A stretch of DNA of 33,070 bases from Chthonomonadales bacterium (lineage in GTDB: Bacteria > Armatimonadota > Chthonomonadetes > Chthonomonadales > Chthonomonadaceae). Location: contig JBBQPO010000026.1 in NCBI GenBank assembly GCA_038217285.1, positions 1 to 33,070 on the forward strand, given 5' to 3'. Shown in pieces: positions 8,252 through 17,981 of the stretch. The position numbers were made by a program, and so were the translations under genes. The notes below the pieces were generated by a model, which was not told the DNA's origin, did not search any database, and worked only from the letters and a program-made list of their open reading frames with translations. The stretch's first letter is position 1. Each line of letters opens with the position of its first letter.

Positions 8252-9751
8252 ATGCTGGACCTGCCGGATATTCAAGGGATCGTCTTCACAGGCTACGGGC
8301 ATATGCCCCACTCTCGGTTTCTGTTTCTGGACATCACCGATCGGAAGGCGGCGCAGGCCTGGCTGACGCTCGTGCTGCCCTGTATCGTGACCGGGGAACG
8401 CCGGGAGAAAAACTCTCCCAAACCGCATACCAGCGCGCACATCGCCCTGAGCTCGCCAGGACTGCAGCAACTCGGCCTGACCCAGGACGCGCTCGATACC
8501 TTCCCGCGCGAATTTACCGAGGGCATGGCGTACGGCCAACGCCCGCGTGTGCTGGGGGACACCGGGGCGAGCGATCCGCAAAACTGGCAGTTCGGCGGAC
8601 CCACCCAGCCGGAGATCCACCTGCTGCTGGCCCTCTATGCGACCAGTGAGACCCACCTGGAGGCGCTCAAGCAGGAGGCCTGGTATCCGGACGGCGCCAA
8701 TCATGGCCTCGGGCTGATCCTCCAACAGGACTCCTTCCGGAAATGCGATAACGAACCGTTCGGCTTTCGAGACGGGATCGGCCAGCCTACTCTGGAAGGC
8801 AACCCTGTTCCGGCCGCTCCCGGTCAGGCCATCCTGAACCCCGGTGAGTTCCTGTTGGGCTACACGAACGGCTATGACAATCTCTCCCCGGTCCCGACCG
8901 TCTCCGCCGCGCTGGATACCGGTCGTCTGCTTCCTGCCGACAGCATTCTGCCTGATCGCAGGGCGTTCGGTCTGAACGGCAGTTTCCTGGTCTTTCGCAA
9001 ACTCAAACAGGATGTCGCGGGCTTCTGGAAGTACTTCGAGCAGAAGACGCTGAATCCGGATGGCACTCCGAACCTGGAGCAGAAGGTCTTGCTGGCCTCG
9101 AAGTGCGTCGGCCGCTGGCCCAGCGGCGCGGCGCTCACGCTCACTCCCGAGAGAGACGATCTGTCGCTTGCCGGGGACAACCCCCATATCGACGATTTCA
9201 AGTTTGCCGCCACGGACCTGTCCGGGTTCGCCTGTCCTATCGGATCGCATATCCGCCGCACCAATCCCCGCGATGCCCTGGAGCCGAATGCGTCGGAGAA
9301 GGCGCTGATCATTTCCAACCGTCACCGGATCATGCGGCGTGGCAGGCCGTACGAAACGCCGCTGCTGCCCGAGGCCAACTCTCCTCCCACCGCGCCCGGG
9401 GCTCCGCCTGCCTCGATAGACCGAGCGGCCGCAGCGGAGGCCCATGCGGAAGGAAATGGCGAGCCGAAGCCGACGGAACAGGGGATCTACTTCCTCTGCA
9501 TCAACGCCGATATCCAGCGCCAGTTCGAGTTCATCCAGCAGACCTGGGCTAACAACGCCAAGTTCAACGGCCTCTACGACAACAAAGATCCGATCATCGG
9601 AGACAACGACGGCACCGGTGTCATGGTGCTGCAGAATAGTCCGGTGCGTACCACGATACACGACCTGCCCCGCTTTGTCGAGATGCGGGGAGGCGGCTAC
9701 TTCTTTCTGCCGGGCCTGCGCGCCCTGCGCTTTCTCGCCGGACTACCGTGA
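8252..9751 (+). CDS. Dyp-type (dye-decolorizing) heme peroxidase
   Basis: DIQG N-terminus, GxxDG motif (FGFRDG), GRWPSGA, proximal His in GSHIRRTNPRD, RIMRRGRPY, QFEFIQQTWAN, GGGYFFLPG; AGGAGG RBS before ATG at 8252. Confidence 0.93.
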   Translation: MLDLPDIQGIVFTGYGHMPHSRFLFLDITDRKAAQAWLTLVLPCIVTGERREKNSPKPHTSAHIALSSPGLQQLGLTQDALDTFPREFTEGMAYGQRPRVLGDTGASDPQNWQFGGPTQPEIHLLLALYATSETHLEALKQEAWYPDGANHGLGLILQQDSFRKCDNEPFGFRDGIGQPTLEGNPVPAAPGQAILNPGEFLLGYTNGYDNLSPVPTVSAALDTGRLLPADSILPDRRAFGLNGSFLVFRKLKQDVAGFWKYFEQKTLNPDGTPNLEQKVLLASKCVGRWPSGAALTLTPERDDLSLAGDNPHIDDFKFAATDLSGFACPIGSHIRRTNPRDALEPNASEKALIISNRHRIMRRGRPYETPLLPEANSPPTAPGAPPASIDRAAAAEAHAEGNGEPKPTEQGIYFLCINADIQRQFEFIQQTWANNAKFNGLYDNKDPIIGDNDGTGVMVLQNSPVRTTIHDLPRFVEMRGGGYFFLPGLRALRFLAGLP

Positions 9752-9869
9752 CACGTCGGGTGGCAAAGGCTTGATTCCGAACCTCTCCGGAGTGTACAGA
9801 GAGGTTTTCCATTTTACGGAGGCGGCGCCTGTCCCGGTCGTTCCGGAAGCGCCGCAAGGAGCGTGAGAC

Positions 9870-11156
9870 ATGTCGATTTTACAAAATCTCTGGGCGTCCG
9901 TTCTGACGGAAGGACACAAGCTGGAGGCCGACCTTCGGAATCTGCGCGAGATGCTCGATAAGGATTTTGAGAACCTGATGGCGCGGCCGCACCTTGTTCG
10001 CCCGCTGTTCATCACGCTGCGCAATCACAAACCGATCCTGGTCCTGCCCCGCATCGCGGTCGTTTCGCTCTACGCGGACGTGGTGGAGGTGCTGAACAAC
10101 GAAGCCGCCTTCAGCGTCGTGCCGATCTACGCCCCGAAGATGGAGGCGACGACCGGTAACTTCGTCCTCGGAATGGACGACACCTCGCAGTATGAGCGGG
10201 AGATCGGCCTGATGCGCCAGGCCGTCCATCCCGAAGATCTGGAGCGGATTCGGGCCTTCGCCAATGAACAGGCGGCAGAGATGGTGGCAGCAGCGGGGGG
10301 ACGGCTGGATGTGGTCGCAGGGCTGACGCGCGTCGTGCCGACGCGCCTGCTGGGAAGCTACTTCGGCACACCAGGGCCGGACGAGGCGACGACGATGGTC
10401 TGGATGCGCGCGATCTTCCGCCATATCTTCCTGAATCTGGGCAACGATCCCAATATGGCGCAGAAGGCGCAGGACGCCGCGAAAGCGCTGAACGCCTCTC
10501 TCGACAGCCGGATCGCACAGCGCAAAGCGGAGATGGCCTCCGGGCAGGAGATTCCGGACGATTTCCTCTGCCGCCTCCTACAACTGCAGAAGACCGATCC
10601 CTTTGCAGACGAAGTGGTCCGCCGCATTCTAGGCGGCACCATCGTGGGCACGGTCGATACTAACTCCAAAGCCATCGCACAGGCATTGGACCAGTTACTC
10701 GACCGTCCTCTGACCCTCGCAGAGGCGCAAGAGGCCGCGCGCGCGGACAACGACGAGCTCGTCGCGAAGTATGTCTTCGAGGCGCTGCGCTTCTGTCCGC
10801 AGAACCCGATCCTGCTTCGCCGCTGCGAACAGTCCGTCACGATCGCGGCGGGAACAGACCGCGCCACCCTCATTCCGCAGGGCAGCCTGGTCGTCGTCGG
10901 AACCGAAGCGGCGATGTTCGATCCGGCCCGCTTCCCGGAGCCGGAAGCGTTCCGTATCGACCGCCCGCAGGAGGACTACATCCACTTCGGCTCCGGAATG
11001 CACACCTGTTTCGGCAGGCATATCGCCACGGTCCTGATCCCCACCGTCGCGAAGCAACTCCTCAAGCGCCAGGGCCTGCGCCGCGCCGAAGGAGCGGAGG
11101 GCACGCTGCGCTACGACGGCGCCTTCCCCAACCATATGCTCGTCTCCTATGACTAA
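9870..11156 (+). CDS. Cytochrome P450
   Basis: I-helix GTVDT, ExxR (EALR), FPEPEAFRIDR, heme-ligand motif FGSGMHTCFG; AAGGAG RBS. Confidence 0.95.
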   Translation: MSILQNLWASVLTEGHKLEADLRNLREMLDKDFENLMARPHLVRPLFITLRNHKPILVLPRIAVVSLYADVVEVLNNEAAFSVVPIYAPKMEATTGNFVLGMDDTSQYEREIGLMRQAVHPEDLERIRAFANEQAAEMVAAAGGRLDVVAGLTRVVPTRLLGSYFGTPGPDEATTMVWMRAIFRHIFLNLGNDPNMAQKAQDAAKALNASLDSRIAQRKAEMASGQEIPDDFLCRLLQLQKTDPFADEVVRRILGGTIVGTVDTNSKAIAQALDQLLDRPLTLAEAQEAARADNDELVAKYVFEALRFCPQNPILLRRCEQSVTIAAGTDRATLIPQGSLVVVGTEAAMFDPARFPEPEAFRIDRPQEDYIHFGSGMHTCFGRHIATVLIPTVAKQLLKRQGLRRAEGAEGTLRYDGAFPNHMLVSYD

Positions 11157-11323
11157 GGAAGCGGAGCCTGGTGACATGGCAAGCAACGACGGCGGGCTTT
11201 GAGAGGCGCTATCGGGTGGCGGAAACGCGTCTCTTGCGGAGAAGGCCAACGCCCGTCAGCAGGGCGGCAGCAAATCCGGCCACGCTGCCGGGCTCGGGAA
11301 CATCTGCAGACACCGCCAGAGCA

Positions 11324-13576
11324 TTATAAATTCTCTGTGATGAAGGTCGTTATCAGGGTGAAGACGTGGAGGGAGACGCCTTCGATGCCGTGGTGCTTGC
11401 CGGGATAGAACATGGTCTGGAAGGGCTTGTTGTGCCTCTGGAAGGCGGCGGCGAGACGGGCGGCGTTCTGGAAGTGGACGTTGTCATCGGCGGTGCCGTG
11501 CATGAGCAGGAATTTTCCCTTTAGTTTATCGGCCAGCGTCAGAGGAGAGCTGTTCGCGTAGCCCTCGGGATTGTCGATGGGGCGGCGCATATAGCGTTCG
11601 GTGTAGATGCTGTCGTAGAGGGTCCAGTGCGTGACGGGCGCGACGGCGACGGCAGCGCGAAAGACGTCCGCCCCGCGCAGGATGCAGAGGCTCGCCATAT
11701 AACCGCCATAACACCAGCCCCAGATGCCGATACGAGCCTCGTCCACGAACGGCAGTCCCGCCAGCCATTTTGCCCCTTCGATCTGATCGTTGACCTCGTA
11801 CTGACCCAGATTCAGGTAGGTGACTTTCTTGAAGTCCCGCCCGCGCATCCCCGAGCCGCGCCCATCCACGACCGCCAGGAGATAGCCCTGCTGCGCCAGC
11901 CACTGCTCCAACCCTCCGCCGCCGCCATAGGTGTCCTGCGCGACCTGCGAACCCGGCCCGCCGTAAGTAAACATCAGGACGGGATATTTGCGGGCAGGGT
12001 CGAAGTCGGCTGGATAGAGGAGCGCGGCGTTGAGCGTGACGCCATCGGAGGTGGCGAAGGTGGCAAAACTCCATTCGCCGATCTTATGGCCTTGGCGCTT
12101 CGGCAGCGGATTGGTTAGGATGGTCGCGACACTCTCTCCGGTTTTCCGGCGCAGAGTGACCTGCGGTGGGGAGTTGCGGTCGGAGGAAGTATCGAGGTAA
12201 TGTTCCGTGTCGGGAGCGAAGAGCGGAGCGTGTTGGCCCCGACCGGTCGAAACCTGCACGATGTCGCCGCCGTCCAGCGAGGTACGAAACTGGTGGCGCT
12301 CCAGGGCCGTCGGGCGAGCGGCCGTGAAATAGGCGAGGCGGCGCGTGGAGTCGATGGCCGCGAGACTCTCCACATCCCACGCCCCCTCCGTAACCGCAGC
12401 ATGCAGTTTCCCGGTCAGATCGTAAAGATAGAGATGCCGCCATCCGGAGCGGTCGGAGAGCCATAAAAACTGGTCCGTCTCTTTGACGAAGGTCACTTCC
12501 CCTGGCGTATCGACCCAGGCGGGATCCTCTTCGGTCAGTACCAGGGTGGTCGCACCGGTCTGAGGATCGGCCAGCAGGAGATCGAGGCGGTTTTGCAGGC
12601 GGGGAATACGCTGTAGGAGCAGACTGCCGTCGGGGGTCCACTGCATCCGCGCGATGTAGATATCGGTATCCGCGCCCAGGTCGATCCAGAGAGTCTGCGG
12701 CACGGAGACATTTTCGCCGAGAGAAGGCAGTTCCAGGACGCCGATCCTGACCAGGGGGTTCGGGTCTCCGGCCTTCGGGTAGCGCGTCTGCCGGGGCGTG
12801 AGGTGCAGATCGTCGTAGTTCGGGAGATCTATCTGCGGGACGTGCGTTTCGTCCTGCTGAAAATAGGCGATCCGGCGGCCGTCCGAGGACCATGCCCAGC
12901 CGTCGGCGAGCTCGATCTCTTCCTCGTAGACCCAGCCGAGGCGGCCGTTGTAGACCTGTGCCCGCGCCGTATCCGTCAGGCGGGTCTCGACGCCCGTCTC
13001 CAGATCGAGCCGATAGAGGTCGTCGTCCCGCACATAGCCCAGGGAACGGCTATCCGGCGACCATTTGACGTTGCGATACTCGTGCCGTTCCGGTGTCACG
13101 CGCCGGAGTGTCTGTTCGGCGAGGTCGTAGATGAACAGCGCGACATCCCCCTGCGAGGCCCGCCGCTGCGGCAAGTTGGCGATCAGAACACGCCTCTCGT
13201 CCGGCGACCACTGATACCCGGAGATAGGCAGGATACTCCGCTTACGATCCTGCTCCGCGTCCCCGGTTTCCGCTGCTTCCGGCTCGACTTCCCCCGGCAG
13301 AGCAAACGGCTTGATGCGATCTTCCGGAGCCCACTGTAGAATCGGTTCCGGAATAATGACGGAGCGCGCGCCTGTCGCGACTTCGTAGAGCCAGAGCGTA
13401 TTCGTCTCGCTGTCCGGGGCACGATCGACATAACTGAAACGGCGACTATCCTGCATCCAGTGCGGCTGCTGCAGGCGGGTCGCCTCGAAAATCTTGTCAG
13501 TGTAGATCGCTTCGAGCGTAAGAGCCAACGGAACCCTCGGATCCGCTGAATCACTATCGGGAGTTGTGTTTTCCAT
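11324..13576 (-). CDS. S9B dipeptidyl peptidase IV-like protein with Cys at the nucleophile position
   Basis: WVYEEE, YPKAGDPNP, YGGPGSQ, DGRGSG, GWCYGG (normally GWSYGG), DDNVH, catalytic His in KHHGI. Confidence 0.93.
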   Translation of the reverse strand: MENTTPDSDSADPRVPLALTLEAIYTDKIFEATRLQQPHWMQDSRRFSYVDRAPDSETNTLWLYEVATGARSVIIPEPILQWAPEDRIKPFALPGEVEPEAAETGDAEQDRKRSILPISGYQWSPDERRVLIANLPQRRASQGDVALFIYDLAEQTLRRVTPERHEYRNVKWSPDSRSLGYVRDDDLYRLDLETGVETRLTDTARAQVYNGRLGWVYEEEIELADGWAWSSDGRRIAYFQQDETHVPQIDLPNYDDLHLTPRQTRYPKAGDPNPLVRIGVLELPSLGENVSVPQTLWIDLGADTDIYIARMQWTPDGSLLLQRIPRLQNRLDLLLADPQTGATTLVLTEEDPAWVDTPGEVTFVKETDQFLWLSDRSGWRHLYLYDLTGKLHAAVTEGAWDVESLAAIDSTRRLAYFTAARPTALERHQFRTSLDGGDIVQVSTGRGQHAPLFAPDTEHYLDTSSDRNSPPQVTLRRKTGESVATILTNPLPKRQGHKIGEWSFATFATSDGVTLNAALLYPADFDPARKYPVLMFTYGGPGSQVAQDTYGGGGGLEQWLAQQGYLLAVVDGRGSGMRGRDFKKVTYLNLGQYEVNDQIEGAKWLAGLPFVDEARIGIWGWCYGGYMASLCILRGADVFRAAVAVAPVTHWTLYDSIYTERYMRRPIDNPEGYANSSPLTLADKLKGKFLLMHGTADDNVHFQNAARLAAAFQRHNKPFQTMFYPGKHHGIEGVSLHVFTLITTFITENL

Positions 13577-13715
13577 GCTGTCCCGATTCGCGCTCGCTCC
13601 CCCGACTTCCTGCTCTTGAACCGGGCGTCTAATGTTAAAATCCGGCTAGGAGGCGGTCTGTGTGCAGGGAACGGAGGGCGGGATGGGGAAGAGTCGGGGT
13701 GGAGGAAATACCCTA

Positions 13716-16316
13716 ATGCCAACCGTTCATTCGTTCCATGTCGTGCCTTCTCTGCCCGAATCGTTACGCGGGCTGCGTGATATCGCTTACAATCTGCGCT
13801 GGGCGTGGGATCCAGAGACTATCGCCCTGTTCTACAACCTCGATCCCGATCTTTGGGAACAGACCGGCCACAATCCCGTCCGTATGCTAGGCAGCATCGC
13901 CCAGGAGCGGCTGCAGGACGCAGCGCAGAATGAGGCTTTCCTGGCGCAGCTCGACCGCATCGTGCGGGGCCTCGACTCCTATCTGCAGTCGCGCAACACC
14001 TGGTACCAACGTCATCACCCGGATGAAACCGACGTGCGTATCGCCTATTTCAGCATGGAGTTCGGCCTCACGGAGTGCCTGCCGATCTACTCCGGCGGCC
14101 TCGGAGTTCTCTCCGGCGATCACCTCAAATCCTCCAGCGACCTTGGCCTACCGCTCGTCGCGGTCGGACTGCTCTACCAGCAGGGCTACTTTCGGCAGTC
14201 GCTCAACACGGATGGCTGGCAGCAGGAGCGCTATCCCGACAACGATTTCTACAATATGCCGCTACAGCCGGAGCTCAACGCGCACGGCGAGCCGCTCTGC
14301 GTCGCGCTCGACTTTCCGGGGCGTGTGGTCTGGGCACAGGTATGGCGGGTCCAGGTCGGGCGCATCCCGCTCTATCTGCTCGACACCAATGTCCCGGCCA
14401 ATAACCCGCAGGATCAGAACATCACCGATCAACTCTACGGGGGAGATGTCGAGATGCGGCTGATGCAGGAGATCGTGCTGGGAATTGGCGGCGTCCGCGC
14501 TCTCGCCGCGCTCGGTATCACTCCGACGGCGTGCCATATGAACGAAGGCCACTCGGCGTTTATGGCGCTGGAGCGCGCGCGTATGCAGATGGTCGCGCAC
14601 AATGTCGGTTATGCCGAGGCCCGCGAGGCGGCTGCGGCCGGAAACCTCTTTACCACGCATACGCCGGTTCCCGCCGGATTCGACTACTTCACCCCCGACC
14701 TGCTCAGCCGCTACCTCGGTGCCTATGTCGAACAGATGGGACTGCCTTTCGCGGAGTTCATGGAGTTGGGACGCCAGAATCGCAGCGATCAGGGCGAGAA
14801 GTTCAACATGGCGGTCTTTGCGCTGCGGCACGCGCACCATGTCAACGGCGTGAGCAAGCTGCACGGCCAGGTGTCGCGCCGTATGGTCCAGGCGGGCTAT
14901 CCGGGCTTCCCGGAGGCGGAGGTGCCTGTTGGCCATGTCACGAACGGCATCCATATCCGGTCGTTCATCTCCCGCGAGATGTCCGACCTGCTCGACCGGT
15001 ATCTGGGCGCGCGCTGGCAGTGGGATATGAGCGATCCGGCGATCTGGGCGAAGGTGGACAATATTCCGGACGAGGAGTTGTGGCGCGTCTGCGAGCGCCG
15101 ACGCGCCGCGCTCGTCGAGTTCGCTCGCGCCCGTCTCAAGGTGCAGTTCGAGCATCGCAATCGCAGCGAATACGAGATCCGCCAGACCCGCGAAGTCCTC
15201 TCCCCCAATGCGCTGACCATCGGCTTTGCCCGCCGATTCGCAACCTACAAGCGCGCCACGCTGCTGCTCTCGGACGCTGAGCGGCTGTTCCGTCTGCTGA
15301 ACGACCCCCACCGCCCCATGCAGATCGTGATGGCGGGCAAGGCGCATCCGAAAGACGACGGCGGAAAGGAGCTGATCCGGCAGGTCGTGCAGTTCGCGAA
15401 CCGCCCCGAGGCCCGCCTTCGCTTGGTCTTTCTGGAAGACTACGACCTGACGGTCGCGCGCGAACTGGTGCAGGGCGTCGACATCTGGCTCAACACGCCG
15501 CGCCGCCCAATGGAGGCGAGCGGCACGAGCGGCATGAAGGTGCTGGCGAACGGCGGCCTCAACGTCTCCATCCCAGACGGCTGGTGGGCCGAGGGCTACG
15601 AGCCCGGCGCGGGCTGGTCCATCGGACGCGGGGAAGAGTACAGCGACGAGGCGGAACAGGACCGTCTCGAAGCCAATGCCCTCTACGAGATCCTGGAAAA
15701 AGAGGTTGTGCCGATCTTCTACGACCGCAACACGGAGGGCATTCCCCGCGCCTGGCTCAGCCGCGTCCGCCACTCGATGCGTCAGCTCTGCCCGCGCTTC
15801 AACACACATCGCATGGTCGCGGAGTATGCCGACCGCTTCTATCTGCCCTCCTCCCGCCGCAGCACCATGCTGCTCGCCGACGATATGGCGCGGGCGAAGA
15901 CGCTGGTCGCCTGGAAGCAGCGAATGCGGGAGCAGTGGAGCGGAGTGAAGGTCGAAAAAGTGGAGATGGTGGCCCGGCCGAACGTCAAGGACGGCTGGCC
16001 CACGGAGAGCGAAGGCGGCGCGGTCAGTTACCATGTCGGTGACACGCTGCACTTCAGCGCGCTCGTCCGCCTCGGCAATCTGACTCCCAACGACGTGACG
16101 GTTCAGGCGGTGCACGGGGTTCTGGATACCAATCGCCAGGTCGTCCACGGCACTCCGACGCCGCTGACATGGAAAGGAGAGACGGACGGTCTGCACCACT
16201 ACGAGGGCGACATTCCGTGCGAACATAGCGGCCAGCAGGGTTTCTCCGTCCGCGTCCTGCCCACGCATCCCGACGCTGAACTGCCTATCGAACTGTCACT
16301 AATCACCTGGGAGTAG
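13716..16316 (+). CDS. glgP: Alpha-glucan (glycogen/maltodextrin) phosphorylase
   Basis: AYFSMEFG, YSGGLG, HMNEGH, FTTHTPVPAG, ARRFATYKR, PLP-lysine motif EASGTSGMK; GGAGG RBS before ATG at 13716. Confidence 0.96.
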   Translation: MPTVHSFHVVPSLPESLRGLRDIAYNLRWAWDPETIALFYNLDPDLWEQTGHNPVRMLGSIAQERLQDAAQNEAFLAQLDRIVRGLDSYLQSRNTWYQRHHPDETDVRIAYFSMEFGLTECLPIYSGGLGVLSGDHLKSSSDLGLPLVAVGLLYQQGYFRQSLNTDGWQQERYPDNDFYNMPLQPELNAHGEPLCVALDFPGRVVWAQVWRVQVGRIPLYLLDTNVPANNPQDQNITDQLYGGDVEMRLMQEIVLGIGGVRALAALGITPTACHMNEGHSAFMALERARMQMVAHNVGYAEAREAAAAGNLFTTHTPVPAGFDYFTPDLLSRYLGAYVEQMGLPFAEFMELGRQNRSDQGEKFNMAVFALRHAHHVNGVSKLHGQVSRRMVQAGYPGFPEAEVPVGHVTNGIHIRSFISREMSDLLDRYLGARWQWDMSDPAIWAKVDNIPDEELWRVCERRRAALVEFARARLKVQFEHRNRSEYEIRQTREVLSPNALTIGFARRFATYKRATLLLSDAERLFRLLNDPHRPMQIVMAGKAHPKDDGGKELIRQVVQFANRPEARLRLVFLEDYDLTVARELVQGVDIWLNTPRRPMEASGTSGMKVLANGGLNVSIPDGWWAEGYEPGAGWSIGRGEEYSDEAEQDRLEANALYEILEKEVVPIFYDRNTEGIPRAWLSRVRHSMRQLCPRFNTHRMVAEYADRFYLPSSRRSTMLLADDMARAKTLVAWKQRMREQWSGVKVEKVEMVARPNVKDGWPTESEGGAVSYHVGDTLHFSALVRLGNLTPNDVTVQAVHGVLDTNRQVVHGTPTPLTWKGETDGLHHYEGDIPCEHSGQQGFSVRVLPTHPDAELPIELSLITWE

Positions 16317-16343
16317 CGGCTCAGACACAGAGCAGAGAGGTTA

Positions 16344-17318
16344 ATGGCGGCTATGGAATCCAAGCACGACAGCCCGATTCAGTTTCCCAGTCCCTCTCTG
16401 CTTGCTGCGGAGATGCTGACGCAGATCACCCGACTCCAGACGGGGAACGACTGGGAGATTCGTGTCGCGACAGCGAAGGCGTTGGGACAGCGAGGGGATC
16501 TGCGAGCAGTCGAGCCCCTCTGCAGCGTCCTGACGGATAAGAACTGGCACGTACGTATCGCAGCGGTGGGAGCGCTTGGGCGCTTAAAGGATCTGCGGTC
16601 GGTTGGGGCGCTCTGTCAGAGGCTCGAGGACGAGGACTGGTATATTCGGATCGCAACGACAGTAGCATTGAGGCAGATAGGGGATACGCGGGCGGTCCCA
16701 TCCCTGTGCCTGGCACTCTTAGATACGGACGCGCCGGTTCGATCCGCCGCCGCCGAGGCGCTTGGACAACTCGGGGATGTCTGGGCCATCGAGGCGCTCT
16801 GCATCGCGCTCAAGGATAAGGATTCGGACGTTTGCCTCTCTGCCAGCCGAGCCCTGGATACGATGGGAACCGCCGACACGCTGCCTCTTCGGGTTCTCTC
16901 TGCAATGACCCTCACACCTGCAAGACTGTTGAGTACACTGCAAACCCTCGCCGACGCTTCGCCTCGTATCATGAACAGCGGCCCCGTTCCCCGCACCCGT
17001 AGACGACCGACTAGCTATAGAATTGGTAATGTGCAGACCTTCTGCGAAGATTTGAGCCGTCGAAGTGATGTCGAGGAGAGCATCAGACGCAACGCGGAAG
17101 CGGTGCTGGCGGAACTGCAAAATAGAGTGGACGCAAAAATATTGTTACGTCCCGGCATGCGCGAAGAGACGCGGGAGCAGGCTGAACTTCTGCGCGGTGC
17201 CTCCGGTACATCCGAGAGCACCCCTCCCGACCAACTGCTGCGTGCGGCGGAGAGCGCCGTCGAACCGCCTATTCCCGAGAGATCGGGCCTCCTGGCACGG
17301 ATTTTCAGGAAGAAGTAG
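16344..17318 (+). CDS. HEAT (PBS-lyase-like) repeat protein
   Basis: About five 31-aa repeats of the form VRxAAAxALGxLGDxRAVxxLCxxLxD. Confidence 0.88.
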   Translation: MAAMESKHDSPIQFPSPSLLAAEMLTQITRLQTGNDWEIRVATAKALGQRGDLRAVEPLCSVLTDKNWHVRIAAVGALGRLKDLRSVGALCQRLEDEDWYIRIATTVALRQIGDTRAVPSLCLALLDTDAPVRSAAAEALGQLGDVWAIEALCIALKDKDSDVCLSASRALDTMGTADTLPLRVLSAMTLTPARLLSTLQTLADASPRIMNSGPVPRTRRRPTSYRIGNVQTFCEDLSRRSDVEESIRRNAEAVLAELQNRVDAKILLRPGMREETREQAELLRGASGTSESTPPDQLLRAAESAVEPPIPERSGLLARIFRKK

Positions 17319-17413
17319 AGGCCCCTGTCGCCGCTCCACTAGCCCTACTAAAAGGCCGTTAGAGGGGCCGTAGGGACCATTCGACAACGAGCAGTCGTCT
17401 GCCGCTTGGAAAA

Positions 17414-17444
17414 TAGACGCAGGAGCGAGAGGCTCCTGCGTCTA
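17414..17444. terminator. Rho-independent terminator between convergent genes
   Basis: Perfect 13-bp stem TAGACGCAGGAGC / GCTCCTGCGTCTA with a 5-nt loop; TTTT follows directly on the minus strand and an A/T run follows on the plus strand. Confidence 0.8.
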
Positions 17445-17489
17445 CAATATTTTTGATCGATGCACATGTTGAAGTTGGCAGGCGAGGTG

Positions 17490-17981
17490 TTACATCTCTG
17501 GAATTCTGTGGATCGAGAGATACAGATGGCCTTGGTGTATAGGGTGATCAGAGAAGTCGAAGCTATAGTAGAGTTTAAGTCCCTGTTTGCTAGATATCAA
17601 CTCCACTCCTGCAATTGCGACAAGCTTTGACGTTTTAAGCGCAATGTCAAGGGCTTCTGACAGTAAAACATTCCCCTAGTCTTCGCCAGGCCTAGCCTGA
17701 TGCCGCGCCAAAGCATGGATCTCCAGCGTGGGGATAAAGTAGGGGAGGCCAGGACACTGGAAACCAGTAACGCGGACAGCAAAATAGCCTATTACAGCAT
17801 TTTGCTTATCCGCGTTTTCGTCGATGCACACGTATGTGCGAGTATGGTTGCTCTGCTGTTCTTTCAGAGCCTTGTTTTTGAGATAGTCTGTCAGTACCTG
17901 CAGTTCACATTCGAAGTTTGACACATCATGGTGTGTTGACAGGGCCTCAAAATGGTGAGGCGTGACAGTGGAATGAGCCAT
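17490..17981 (-). pseudogene. GNAT acetyltransferase toxin (TacT/AtaT-like) interrupted by an in-frame TAG at 17676-17678
   Basis: HDVSNFEC, LTDYLK, RTYV, VIGYF, IPTLEIHALAR, then GED*GNVLLSEAL...AIAGVEL...LKLYYSFDF...HLYL to TAA at 17490-17492 (163 codons). Confidence 0.85.

Noticed and set aside
8135-9661. 508-aa antisense ORF over the Dyp gene
   Set aside because: Shadow ORF expected from GC-rich codon bias; no motifs.
9360-9751. Encapsulin cargo-loading peptide or Tat export of the Dyp
   Set aside because: The protein ends at LRFLAGLP with no targeting tail, the Pro/Ala-rich stretch is an internal loop, the Arg-rich upstream extension precedes the RBS-supported ATG at 8252, and no encapsulin gene is present.
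14262-16268. 668-aa antisense ORF over glgP
   Set aside because: Shadow of a well-conserved gene.
3156-17678. Genome-wide TAG reassignment (code 15) explaining the two in-frame ambers
   Set aside because: Several intact genes (6272..7564, glgP, HEAT, PhyH, SDR) end at TAG at their expected C-termini.
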